A stretch of DNA of 64,000 nt from Collinsella aerofaciens (lineage in GTDB: Bacteria > Actinomycetota > Coriobacteriia > Coriobacteriales > Coriobacteriaceae), in assembly GCA_008668235.1 (NCBI GenBank), contig RQCP01000013.1, forward strand, positions 60,463 to 124,462, written 5' to 3'. A model generated the notes under the pieces. The model did no database searches. It worked only from the letters and a program-made list of their open reading frames with translations, and was not told the DNA's origin. Positions 50,746 to 59,404 of this stretch are shown here, in pieces. A program made the position numbers and the translations under genes. Position 1 is the stretch's first letter. Each line of letters starts with the position of its first letter.

Positions 50746-50931
50746 ATGGCTCATCCCGTAATTGATGCCGACGAGTGCATCGCTTGTGGCGTTTGCGTCG
50801 ACTCCTGCCCCGCTGGCGTTCTGGAGCTCCAGGACGTCGCTACCGTCGCTGACGAGGATTCCTGCGTCGCCTGTGGCGCTTGCCAGGACGCTTGCCCCGC
50901 CGGCGCGATCACCGAGATCGTCGAGGAGTAG
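50746..50931 (+). CDS. 2[4Fe-4S] ferredoxin
   Basis: CIACGVCVDSCP and CVACGACQDACP; GAGG RBS. Confidence 0.93.
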   Translation: MAHPVIDADECIACGVCVDSCPAGVLELQDVATVADEDSCVACGACQDACPAGAITEIVEE

Positions 50932-50969
50932 CAACTCCCCCACTTGCACACTCAAAAGTACACCGTGCA

Positions 50970-51012
50970 CAAAAAAGGAGGCTTCCGCATCGCCGCGGAG
51001 GCCTCCTTTTTT
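50970..51012. terminator. Bidirectional intrinsic terminator
   Basis: aaaaaaggaggcttccgc...gcggaggcctcctttttt. Confidence 0.8.
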
Positions 51013-51055
51013 GTGCGGATAACTAATTTGGCACCGCCGTTGGTTGAACTCGCGC

Positions 51056-51170
51056 CAGCGAAAACGCCCCATTTGAGGCAAGGTGGCCTGAAAGAGGAGG
51101 GAAGCGTACTCTGGTACGCGACCGACGATTGAAGGCCAGATTGTCCAAATGGGGCGTTTGCAGCGTCGGC
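51056..51170. repeat. 115-bp structured dispersed repeat, copy 2
   Basis: Homologous to 45705-45819. Confidence 0.8.
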
Positions 51171-51715
51171 TAAGAGAGATCGTCTTCGTAGGGCATCAGG
51201 TCTGCTAGGTAGCCTTTTTCCTTGAGCATCGCCTCGATCTCGTCGAGGGTCTGTTCGTCCTCCGCCGCAATGCGATGGAAGTGGTAGCCGCTGGTCACCG
51301 TCAGCAGCGGAAAGCTCTTGCCGCTCTCGATATCGCGCAGATAGCGCTCGACATCGCGGCGGTTGCGGATGTCCAGGTCGGCCGTGATCTTGCCGTACAC
51401 ACGATGGTTGACGATCACGTTAAGCACGGCGCCACCCGCGTCGACGATACTCGTAAGTTCGTCGCCCGCCTGCTCCACGCTGTGGCGCACCTTAACAAGA
51501 CGCGTGGGCACGGCGGGGCTGCTGGGGGCCTCCTGCAGCACATAACCACGGTTGGTCGCCACGACATCGTGCCCATCGGCACGCAGCAGGGCAATATCCT
51601 GAACCACGATCTGACGGCTCACGCCAACCTCGCGGGCAAGTGCGCTGCCCGAAACGGGCTCCTTGGCCACCTCGAGCACGTCCATGATGGCACGGCGACG
51701 CTCGCGGGCGTTCAT
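51170..51715 (-). CDS. niaR: Niacin-responsive repressor NiaR (HTH + 3H domain)
   Basis: VSRQIVVQDIALLR, HRVYG, GYHFH; in nad operon. Confidence 0.9.
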   Translation of the reverse strand: MNARERRRAIMDVLEVAKEPVSGSALAREVGVSRQIVVQDIALLRADGHDVVATNRGYVLQEAPSSPAVPTRLVKVRHSVEQAGDELTSIVDAGGAVLNVIVNHRVYGKITADLDIRNRRDVERYLRDIESGKSFPLLTVTSGYHFHRIAAEDEQTLDEIEAMLKEKGYLADLMPYEDDLS

Positions 51716-52575
51716 TATTTACCGTCCAGCAGACGCAGGTGCTTAAGCGAGAGGTCGAGGATCGGCGCGGAGTGCGTCAGGGCGCCCGAGCTAATGTAGT
51801 CGACGCCCAGATCAGCCAGGGCGCGGATATTGCTGGCGTCCACGTTGCCCGAGCACTCGGTCTTGGCGCGACCGGCGATAAGCTCGATAGCGGCGGCCAT
51901 GTCGTCATGGGTCATGTTGTCGAACATGATGATGTCGGCGCCGGCCTCCACGGCCTCGCGCACCATGTCCAGGTTCTCGCACTCGATCTCGACCGTCGTG
52001 GTAAACGATGCATGGGCGCGCGCCATCTCGATCGCACGCGTCACGCCACCGGCGGCATCGATGTGGTTGTCCTTGAGCATGACGGCCGTCGACAGGTTGT
52101 AACGGTGGTTGCTGCCGCCGCCGATCTCGACCGCGGCCTTCTCGAAGACGCGCATGCCCGGCGTGGTCTTGCGCGTGTCGACGAGCACGGTCTTGGTTCC
52201 CTCGAGCGCCGCGGCCATGCTGTGCGTGTAGGTAGCGATGCCGCTCATGCGCTGCAGGTAGTTGAGCGCCACGCGCTCGCCCGAAAGCAACACGCGCGCG
52301 TCGCCGCGCACCTGGCCCACGTGATCGCCGGCATGCACCTCGTCGCCATCCGAGACATCGAACAACACGGAGCTCTGCGGATCCAGCAGCTCAAAGGTGC
52401 GGGCGAATACGTCCAGGCCGGCGATAATGCCGTCGGCCTTGGCGATAAGCTCCACCGTGGCGGGACGCGCCGTGGGGCACACGCTCGCCGTGCTCACGTC
52501 CTCAAACGTAATGTCCTCGCGCAGAGCCTGCAGAATCAGATCATCGACGACGAGCTTCATGGTAATGGGATTCAT
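51715..52575 (-). CDS. nadC: Quinolinate phosphoribosyltransferase
   Basis: DTRKTTPG, HRYNLS..LKDNH, ISSGALTHSA. Confidence 0.96.
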   Translation of the reverse strand: MNPITMKLVVDDLILQALREDITFEDVSTASVCPTARPATVELIAKADGIIAGLDVFARTFELLDPQSSVLFDVSDGDEVHAGDHVGQVRGDARVLLSGERVALNYLQRMSGIATYTHSMAAALEGTKTVLVDTRKTTPGMRVFEKAAVEIGGGSNHRYNLSTAVMLKDNHIDAAGGVTRAIEMARAHASFTTTVEIECENLDMVREAVEAGADIIMFDNMTHDDMAAAIELIAGRAKTECSGNVDASNIRALADLGVDYISSGALTHSAPILDLSLKHLRLLDGK

Positions 52576-52578
52576 GGT

Positions 52579-53955
52579 CTACTCCTCCACGGCCTGCGTG
52601 CCGGCGGCACGGGCCAATTCATCGATTGCCAGGGTGTCGACGCTCAGGGCGCGATGACGGCCATCGAGCGCGGGATCGCCCGCCTGCTCCACGGCCAGCG
52701 ACTCGCCGGTGCACATGTACCACGCGGCGCGACGACCCCAGACCAACGCCTCGAGCAGGCTGTTTGATGCAAGGCGGTTCTTGCCGTGCACGCCGTTGCA
52801 AGCCGTCTCGCCCGCGGCGTAGAGCTCGGGCATCGAGGTGCGGCCGTCCCTGTCTACCCACACGCCGCCCATAAAGTAGTGCTGCGTGGGCGTAACGGGA
52901 ATGGGCTCGTCCAGGATGTCGCGACCGTCCTCAAGGCAGCGCGCGCGAATGTTGGCAAAATGCCCGGTCACCACGTCGCGCTCGACGGGGGCAAAGCTCA
53001 GCCACTCGTGCTCGGTGCCGTCCTGCTTCATCTGCTCGCGGATGGCGGCGGCGACCACATCGCGCGGCTGAAGCTCGTCGGTAAAGCGCTCGCCAGCGGC
53101 GTTGAGCAAAATCGCGCCCTCGCCGCGGCAGCTCTCGCTGATCAGGAAGGTGCGGCCCGGCTGCGGCGAGAACAGCCCCGTGGGGTGAATCTGCACGTAG
53201 TCCAGGTGCTCCATCTTAATGCCATGCTCCTGAGCAATGTAGCAGGCATCGCCCGTGAGCTGCGGGTAGTTGGTCGAATGGTCGTATACGCCTCCGATAC
53301 CGCCCGTCGCCCACAGCGTGTGGCGGGCATGAATCTTAAACGGCTCGCTGGCATGCACGCCCTCGGCGGCGTTTGCCAGCTCGTCGGCGGGACGAACCGA
53401 GTTGTCCTCATCCACGGGAACGGCAACGACGCCGGTGCACACCGTAACGCCATCACGCTCGCCCGTCAGGATGTCGGTCATGGCCACGTGCTCCAAAATC
53501 TGCACGTTATCCAGCTTGCGAACGGCTTGGAGCAGCTTGGTCGTGATCTCCTTGCCCGTAATGTCGGCATGGAAGGCAATGCGCGGACGGCTGTGCGCGC
53601 CCTCGCGGGTAAAGTCGAGGCTGCCGTCGGCCTTGCGCTCAAAATCCACGCCCATGGCCAGCAGGTCGTTGATGACCGAGCGGCTCGAGCGGATCATAAT
53701 GTCGACGCTCTCGCGACGGTTCTCATAGTGGCCGGCGTGCATGGTGTCCTCAAAGAAGGCATCGTAGTCCGAGCCCTCGGGCAGCACGCAGATTCCGCCC
53801 TGCGCGAGCATCGAATCGCACTCGTCGACAGCGCCCTTGGAGAGCATGATCACTCGCGTGCTTGTCGGCAGATTGAGGGCCGCGTACAGACCCGCCACGC
53901 CGCAGCCGGCAATGACAACGTCGCATTCCATATCGGGGTATTGTTTGGTTTCCAT
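52579..53955 (-). CDS. nadB: L-aspartate oxidase
   Basis: GCGVAGL, AQGGI, REGAHS, HYFMGG, VHGKNRLASNSLLE; start METKQ after GGAGAGG. Confidence 0.95.
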   Translation of the reverse strand: METKQYPDMECDVVIAGCGVAGLYAALNLPTSTRVIMLSKGAVDECDSMLAQGGICVLPEGSDYDAFFEDTMHAGHYENRRESVDIMIRSSRSVINDLLAMGVDFERKADGSLDFTREGAHSRPRIAFHADITGKEITTKLLQAVRKLDNVQILEHVAMTDILTGERDGVTVCTGVVAVPVDEDNSVRPADELANAAEGVHASEPFKIHARHTLWATGGIGGVYDHSTNYPQLTGDACYIAQEHGIKMEHLDYVQIHPTGLFSPQPGRTFLISESCRGEGAILLNAAGERFTDELQPRDVVAAAIREQMKQDGTEHEWLSFAPVERDVVTGHFANIRARCLEDGRDILDEPIPVTPTQHYFMGGVWVDRDGRTSMPELYAAGETACNGVHGKNRLASNSLLEALVWGRRAAWYMCTGESLAVEQAGDPALDGRHRALSVDTLAIDELARAAGTQAVEE

Positions 53956-54011
53956 AGGAATCCTCTCCCTTGTAATGCTGCATAAGGGACTGCCCCTCAT
54001 GTCACATTGGC

Positions 54012-55040
54012 TTAGCGCGCCGCGTACTCGAGCATGCGGTCGAGCGTGAGCTTGGCCTGGTCGGCAGCCTCGTCCGACACGCCGATCTGCACCTCGCCCT
54101 CGCCCGTCTCCAGGCAGCGCACGAGCTTTTCGAGCGTGATGAGATCCATGTTGACGCAGGTGGGCTGTACCGCGGGGAAGTAGAACTTCTTGCCGGTGCC
54201 CTGGCAGCGGCGCTCGAGCTCGTAGAGCACGCCGCGGACCGTCACGATGATGAACTCGCTCGCGTCCGACTCCTCGGCATACTTGATGATGCCGGCGGTG
54301 GAGCCGATGTAGTCGGCCTCGGCCAGAACGTCGGCCTTGCACTCGGGGTGCGCCAGCACGAGCGCGTCGGGGTGGGCCTCCGTCGCGTCGACGATCTGCT
54401 CGACGGTGATGATGTGATGGCGCGGGCAGTAGCCGTTGTTGAGGATGACGTGCTTTTGCGGCACCTGCTCGGCTACGAAGCGGCCCAGGTTTTGGTCGGG
54501 AATGAACAGAATATGCTGCTGCGGCAGCTCGGACACGATCTTAACGGCGTTGGAGCTGGTGACGCACACGTCGCTCCAGCTCTTGATCTCAACCGTGGAG
54601 TTGACGTAGCACACCACGGCCAGGTCGTCGCCGTACTCGGCGCGCGCCGCGTCGACCGTCTCGCGCTTGACCATGTGCGCCATGGGACAGTCCGCGCCCG
54701 GCTCGGGCAGCAGCACGGTCTTAGTGGGATTGAGCAGCTTGGCGCTCTCGCCCATAAACTCCACGCCGCACAACACGATGGTCTGCTGCGGCAGGCTTTT
54801 GGCGAGCTTTGCCAGGTAAAAGCTGTCGCCGACGTAATCGGCAACGGCTTGGACCTCAGGCGCCACGTAATAGTGCGCCAGGATCACCGCGTCACGTTGG
54901 GTTTTTAGTTGCTGAATGGCCTCGACGAGCTCTGCGGGCACCAATGCCGCGCGCTCCGTTGCCGTCGTTGCCGATGCCAGGCCGGCCGCAATGTCGCGCG
55001 CAAGCTCCGATGCATCCATGTTCGCGCTCTGCGCCATCAA
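54012..55040 (-). CDS. nadA: Quinolinate synthase
   Basis: ILAHYY, GDSF, CPMA, YVNS, VTSSNA, HPEC. Confidence 0.95.
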   Translation of the reverse strand: MMAQSANMDASELARDIAAGLASATTATERAALVPAELVEAIQQLKTQRDAVILAHYYVAPEVQAVADYVGDSFYLAKLAKSLPQQTIVLCGVEFMGESAKLLNPTKTVLLPEPGADCPMAHMVKRETVDAARAEYGDDLAVVCYVNSTVEIKSWSDVCVTSSNAVKIVSELPQQHILFIPDQNLGRFVAEQVPQKHVILNNGYCPRHHIITVEQIVDATEAHPDALVLAHPECKADVLAEADYIGSTAGIIKYAEESDASEFIIVTVRGVLYELERRCQGTGKKFYFPAVQPTCVNMDLITLEKLVRCLETGEGEVQIGVSDEAADQAKLTLDRMLEYAAR

Positions 55041-55078
55041 GGCCCCTCTCTTTTGGCGAATCTTGGGGCTTTAGTATG

Positions 55079-55122
55079 ACACCTGGCTTTACAGCTGACA
55101 AGACAGCTGTAAAGCCAGGTGT
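55079..55122. promoter_or_regulatory. NiaR operator-like long palindrome
   Basis: acacctggctttacagctg-acaaga-cagctgtaaagccaggtgt directly upstream of nadA. Confidence 0.75.
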
Positions 55123-55330
55123 AAAGTTGAAATAAAGATTCAATCATGTGGCAGGTCCATTTTCGAACTGGCAAGCTGAGGATAGCCGAGCTCTCGATAG
55201 CGCAGGAGGCATCTTTCGCCGCCGCAATACCGCTCGGCGCGAGTTGCGCAACGTGGGGCGCAAATGGGACACGCCTCCGCGAGCGGTCCGCACCCAATGT
55301 GGCAAAATCGAACTACTAAGGGGGCTCAGA

Positions 55331-56053
55331 ATGCTCAAGATTATTGCCTGCGACGACGACGTCGCTTTTCTAGATAGACTGCACCGGATGATCGACCGTT
55401 GGTCGACCGAGACGGGCACGGCGGTCGATGTTGCGCTCGTCACGCGCGGCGAGGACCTGCTGGCGCGCCATGCCGCGTCGCGCGCCGACATCATCCTGCT
55501 CGACATGATCATGCCGCTCGTCAACGGCATGGACACCGCGCGCGAATTACGCCAGGCCGATACCGCCGTGCGCCTGGTGTTTCTCACCTCATCGCCCGAG
55601 TTTGCACTGGAGTCCTACGAGGTCCGCGCCTTCGACTATCTGCTCAAGCCCGTGGCCTACGAACGCCTGGCGCAACTGCTCGACGAGCTTTCGAGCATGC
55701 GCCCGGCAGCGACCGACGAACTCGTCATCAAAACGTCCTTTGGCTACCACGCCCTGCGCCTGTCCGACATCGAATATGCCGAGGCGCGCAACAAGCACGT
55801 GGTCTTCCACCTGCGCGACGGACGCGATATCGAGGCACTCGAGTCATTCCGCAGCGTCGAGGACCGTTTGGTGCAAAATGCCACCTTCTTTAAATGCCAC
55901 CGCAGCTACCAGGTCAACCTGCGCAATATCGATCACTTTGACCGCACGGACATCGTCATGCGCTCGGGCGCGTGCATCCCGCTTTCGCGCAGCTGCAAGC
56001 AGGGATTCCAAGACGCCTACTTTGCGGCGCGCTTTGAGGGTGGGAGACACTGA
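55331..56053 (+). CDS. LytTR-family response regulator
   Basis: ACDDD, LLDMIMP, YLLKP, FFKCHRSY. Confidence 0.93.
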   Translation: MLKIIACDDDVAFLDRLHRMIDRWSTETGTAVDVALVTRGEDLLARHAASRADIILLDMIMPLVNGMDTARELRQADTAVRLVFLTSSPEFALESYEVRAFDYLLKPVAYERLAQLLDELSSMRPAATDELVIKTSFGYHALRLSDIEYAEARNKHVVFHLRDGRDIEALESFRSVEDRLVQNATFFKCHRSYQVNLRNIDHFDRTDIVMRSGACIPLSRSCKQGFQDAYFAARFEGGRH

Positions 56054-57330
56054 TGGTCTCCTCGGTCGAAATGATCCTTTGGGCAATCCACCACGCCACG
56101 ACGTTGCTCTTTGGCGTCTTTGCCTCGGCGGCGCTGTGCGGTATCGAAATCAATCGACGCCATGCACTCGAGTTGGTGGGGGTCGGAGTCGCAACCGGCG
56201 CTGCCTTTTCGATCGCCAATGCCGTCGGCGGCGAGCTTTTCGCCCGCCAGGTATATCCGCTCGTCGTGCATCTGCCGCTCGTCATCTATTTGTGCGCGCG
56301 CTACCGCCTGAGCCCGCTGCTTGCCGCGCTCGGCATTACGAGTGCTTATCTGAGCTGCCAGTTCAGCAATTGGATGGGCATCGCCGCCTTTGCCGCAACC
56401 GACTCGCAGATCGCGTACTATCTGGCGCGTATCGCGACCACACTCGCCGTCTTTGCCGTCCTGTTGCATTGGGCCGGCGACATCGGTCCACGCTTGGCGA
56501 TTAAAAGCACCACCGAGCTGGGCATCCTTTTAATCCTGCCGCTCGTCTATTACGTCTTTGACTATGCCACCAACGTCTACACCACGCTGTTCCACTCGGG
56601 CTCGGTGGTGACGGTTGAGTTTTTGGCATTTGCGCTCTGTGCCTTCTATCTTATGTTTCTTGCCGTTTACCTACGCGAATACGAAGAAAAGGAAACCGCC
56701 GAGCGAGAGCGCTGGATGCTCGAAACCCGCGACAGCGCCGCCATCAAAGAGCTCGAGGCTTGGCGTCAATCTGGGCGCGAGCTGTCGATTCTTCGCCACG
56801 ATATGCGCCACTTCCTACGCGGCCTGGCCGCTTTAATTGAGGAGGGCCACACCGACGAGGCGCTCAAACGCATCGATGAACTCTGCGAAGCCGGCGATCG
56901 CACCGCCGTACGCCGCTTCTGCGCCAACGAGACCGTAAACATCGCGCTTTCGTCATTTAACTCGGATATCAATAGAAACGGCATTATCGCCAACCTGCGC
57001 GCCGCCGTACCCGAAACCATCCACGTAGGTGACGCCGACCTGTTTAGCGTGCTCTCAAATGCCTTGGAAAACGCTATCACCGCTGCAAGCGCCGCACCCC
57101 AAGGAAAGCGATTCGTCGACTTTGACCTGCGATTAGAGGACGGCCAGCTGCTGCTGTTAGTTTCCAACACGTTTGACCGCGCGCCGCGCATGGTCGACGG
57201 CATGCCCGTAGCCGGGCACACCGGACACGGCTTTGGAACCAAGAGCATTAAGCTTGCCGTCGAACGCATGAATGGTAACTGCCAGTTCCGCATTAACGGC
57301 GATCGGTTTGAGCTGCGCGCCGTGATGTAG
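56053..57330 (+). CDS. Multi-TM GHKL sensor histidine kinase (AgrC/VirS-like)
   Basis: LRHDMRH, NALENAI, GHGFGTKSI. Confidence 0.9.
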   Translation: MVSSVEMILWAIHHATTLLFGVFASAALCGIEINRRHALELVGVGVATGAAFSIANAVGGELFARQVYPLVVHLPLVIYLCARYRLSPLLAALGITSAYLSCQFSNWMGIAAFAATDSQIAYYLARIATTLAVFAVLLHWAGDIGPRLAIKSTTELGILLILPLVYYVFDYATNVYTTLFHSGSVVTVEFLAFALCAFYLMFLAVYLREYEEKETAERERWMLETRDSAAIKELEAWRQSGRELSILRHDMRHFLRGLAALIEEGHTDEALKRIDELCEAGDRTAVRRFCANETVNIALSSFNSDINRNGIIANLRAAVPETIHVGDADLFSVLSNALENAITAASAAPQGKRFVDFDLRLEDGQLLLLVSNTFDRAPRMVDGMPVAGHTGHGFGTKSIKLAVERMNGNCQFRINGDRFELRAVM

Positions 57331-57348
57331 GGGCTGCCGCCAGCCTCG

Positions 57349-57924
57349 CTACAGCGGAGCGGCTGCCGGGGTCAGCTGCTTGATGTATGCCCACATGCGC
57401 TGCTTGGCCGCTTTGTCGGTCAGCGCCGCCTCAAAGCCATCGAGCGCGAGCACGCGGCGGCCCTGCACATGGGCGACCAGGCCGGGCTTGAGCATGGCGG
57501 TGTCGAAGTCATCGATCGCCACGAGCATATCGGCGTAGGTCTCGCGCATGGCGTCAGCCGCGTTGTTGTCGAGCAGCAGCACCGCCTCGGGGTCCAAAGC
57601 CTCAAGCGCCTCACGGAACAGCTCGCACGGCAGAGTCTCGCCCACCGCGACCGTCCCATCACCCACGCCGGCGACGCTTGCCAGCACGCAAAAATCCTCG
57701 GGCGCGTAGCCGATGGCCCCAAGCGCCTTGCGCAACGCCGCGCCATCCGGGCCGGCGGCAAGCTCGCCACCCGAACGCTCGGCCTCGTCCAGATCGCCTT
57801 TGACCAGCACGATCGGCGAGCACGCGTTGCCCGCGATACGCACGCCACGACCCGCGAGCGATGCGAGCTCCTGCTCGGTCGCCTGGGCGATGGCTTCTTT
57901 TTTCTGGCTTTGTGACGTGGGCAT
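57349..57924 (-). CDS. Hypothetical protein (possibly degenerate uracil-DNA-glycosylase-like fold)
   Basis: GGAG RBS; GPDGAALRKAL..G and EALDPEAVLLL loosely echo UDG family 4. Confidence 0.6.
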   Translation of the reverse strand: MPTSQSQKKEAIAQATEQELASLAGRGVRIAGNACSPIVLVKGDLDEAERSGGELAAGPDGAALRKALGAIGYAPEDFCVLASVAGVGDGTVAVGETLPCELFREALEALDPEAVLLLDNNAADAMRETYADMLVAIDDFDTAMLKPGLVAHVQGRRVLALDGFEAALTDKAAKQRMWAYIKQLTPAAAPL

Positions 57925-58060
57925 GCGCTCTCCAATCGTTTGCGTGCCCACCATTATATAAAAGAGCCGCCCGCGAGTGGTTGCTTTGCGGGCGGCTGGG
58001 TATAAGCACGGTCGTACTGAGTTTTACGCGGCCGAGCCGCGTCGCATTATGGAGGTCACC

Positions 58061-58381
58061 ATGGCTGACATTAAGCAGATTACCCCCGAGAACTTCGATT
58101 CCATCGTTAACGACAGCCTGCCCGTGCTGGTCGATTTTTGGGCACCGTGGTGCGGGCCCTGTCGATCCCTCTCGCCCATCGTTGACGAGGTTGCCGATGA
58201 GCTGGCGGGCAAGCTTGCCGTTGCCAAATGCAACGTCGACGACAACCAGGACCTGGCCATGAAGTATGGCGTCATGAGCATCCCCACGCTGATTGTGTTT
58301 AAGAACGGCGAGGAGATTGACCGCTCGGTTGGCGCTCTGCCCAAGGCGAGGCTGCAGGCGCTGCTGGAGAAGCATCTGTAA
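58061..58381 (+). CDS. trxA: Thioredoxin
   Basis: DFWAPWCGPC, MSIPTL; GGAGG RBS. Confidence 0.95.
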   Translation: MADIKQITPENFDSIVNDSLPVLVDFWAPWCGPCRSLSPIVDEVADELAGKLAVAKCNVDDNQDLAMKYGVMSIPTLIVFKNGEEIDRSVGALPKARLQALLEKHL

Positions 58382-58612
58382 TACGCTTGTTACATGTTGC
58401 CGTCTGCCTGCCGTCCATGAGCGCTTTTACGCCGCTCGCCGGACTTCTGAATGCACCGAGTGCAACCACGGATAGTATGGTAGTCACAAACAGCCCCCAG
58501 TGAACGGGTGCGGGTCGCACAGACTCGTACCCGTTTTCTTATGCAGCTGCGCGCAGAGCGGGCGTAGTAAAATCTGAACCACTGAACTGCCCCATACAAA
58601 AGGAGATTTCCC

Positions 58613-58861
58613 ATGCATGATGCTGGAATGAACATGAGCCAGCTTGCCATGAGCGTCAAGCAGGTCGACGACACCATCGAGCTCGCTCACGAGTGGAGCC
58701 ATCAGCTGCTGCATGCGACCGAGAATTTTGACATGGAGCGCATCGGCGCCAAGCTCGAGGCCGCCATGGCCGCGCTCCACGAGGCGCATGACGCGCTCGA
58801 GGGCTACGAGGAAGCCATCGAGGCCGACCACAACTCCGTCGGCTCCGTGAAGCTGGTGTAA
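58613..58861 (+). CDS. Small His/acidic helical protein upstream of nikR
   Basis: AAGGAG RBS, 82 aa, stop abuts nikR start. Confidence 0.75.
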   Translation: MHDAGMNMSQLAMSVKQVDDTIELAHEWSHQLLHATENFDMERIGAKLEAAMAALHEAHDALEGYEEAIEADHNSVGSVKLV

Positions 58862-58862
58862 G

Positions 58863-59375
58863 GTGGCCGAACACGAGCACTGCTGCGGGTACGAGCACGA
58901 GCATCCGCACGGGGCGGACGGTGACGCGGGCTGCCGCTGTAGTGGCTCCGGCTCCGAGCTGGTCCGTTTTTCGGTTACCGCACCCGACGACCTGCTGCGC
59001 CGTTTTGACGAGCAGATCGCGCGCCGCGGCGATGTGGCCAACCGCTCCGAGGCCGTGCGCGACCTGATTCGCGCCTCGATCGCCAAGGAGCAGATGCGCA
59101 CGCCCGATGAGCATGTTATCGGGTCGCTCACCATGATCTACGACCATCACACCGGCGATCTGACGCGCCGCCTGGACGAGGTGCAGCACGACTACACCGA
59201 CGAGATCGTATCGACGATGCACGTGCATTTGGATCACCACAACTGCTTGGAGATTCTGGCGCTCAAGGGTCGCGGCGAGCGCGTCTACGAACTAGCCGAC
59301 CGTCTGCTGGGCCTGCGCGGCGTTAAGCACGGCGAGCTCACGTGCGCCGCCACCAAGCAGAGCCTGGGGCTGTAA
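58863..59375 (+). CDS. nikR: Nickel-responsive regulator NikR with His/Cys-rich N-terminal extension
   Basis: RFSVT..NRSEAVRDLIR RHH; YDHH, HVHLDHHNCLE. Confidence 0.93.
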   Translation: MAEHEHCCGYEHEHPHGADGDAGCRCSGSGSELVRFSVTAPDDLLRRFDEQIARRGDVANRSEAVRDLIRASIAKEQMRTPDEHVIGSLTMIYDHHTGDLTRRLDEVQHDYTDEIVSTMHVHLDHHNCLEILALKGRGERVYELADRLLGLRGVKHGELTCAATKQSLGL

Positions 59376-59404
59376 CAGCACACATTTCAACGAAGGAGGG
59401 TCGC

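Noticed and set aside
53956..54342. Extended N-terminus of nadB in the ORF track
   Set aside because: Overlaps nadA; RBS and homology support the start at 53955.
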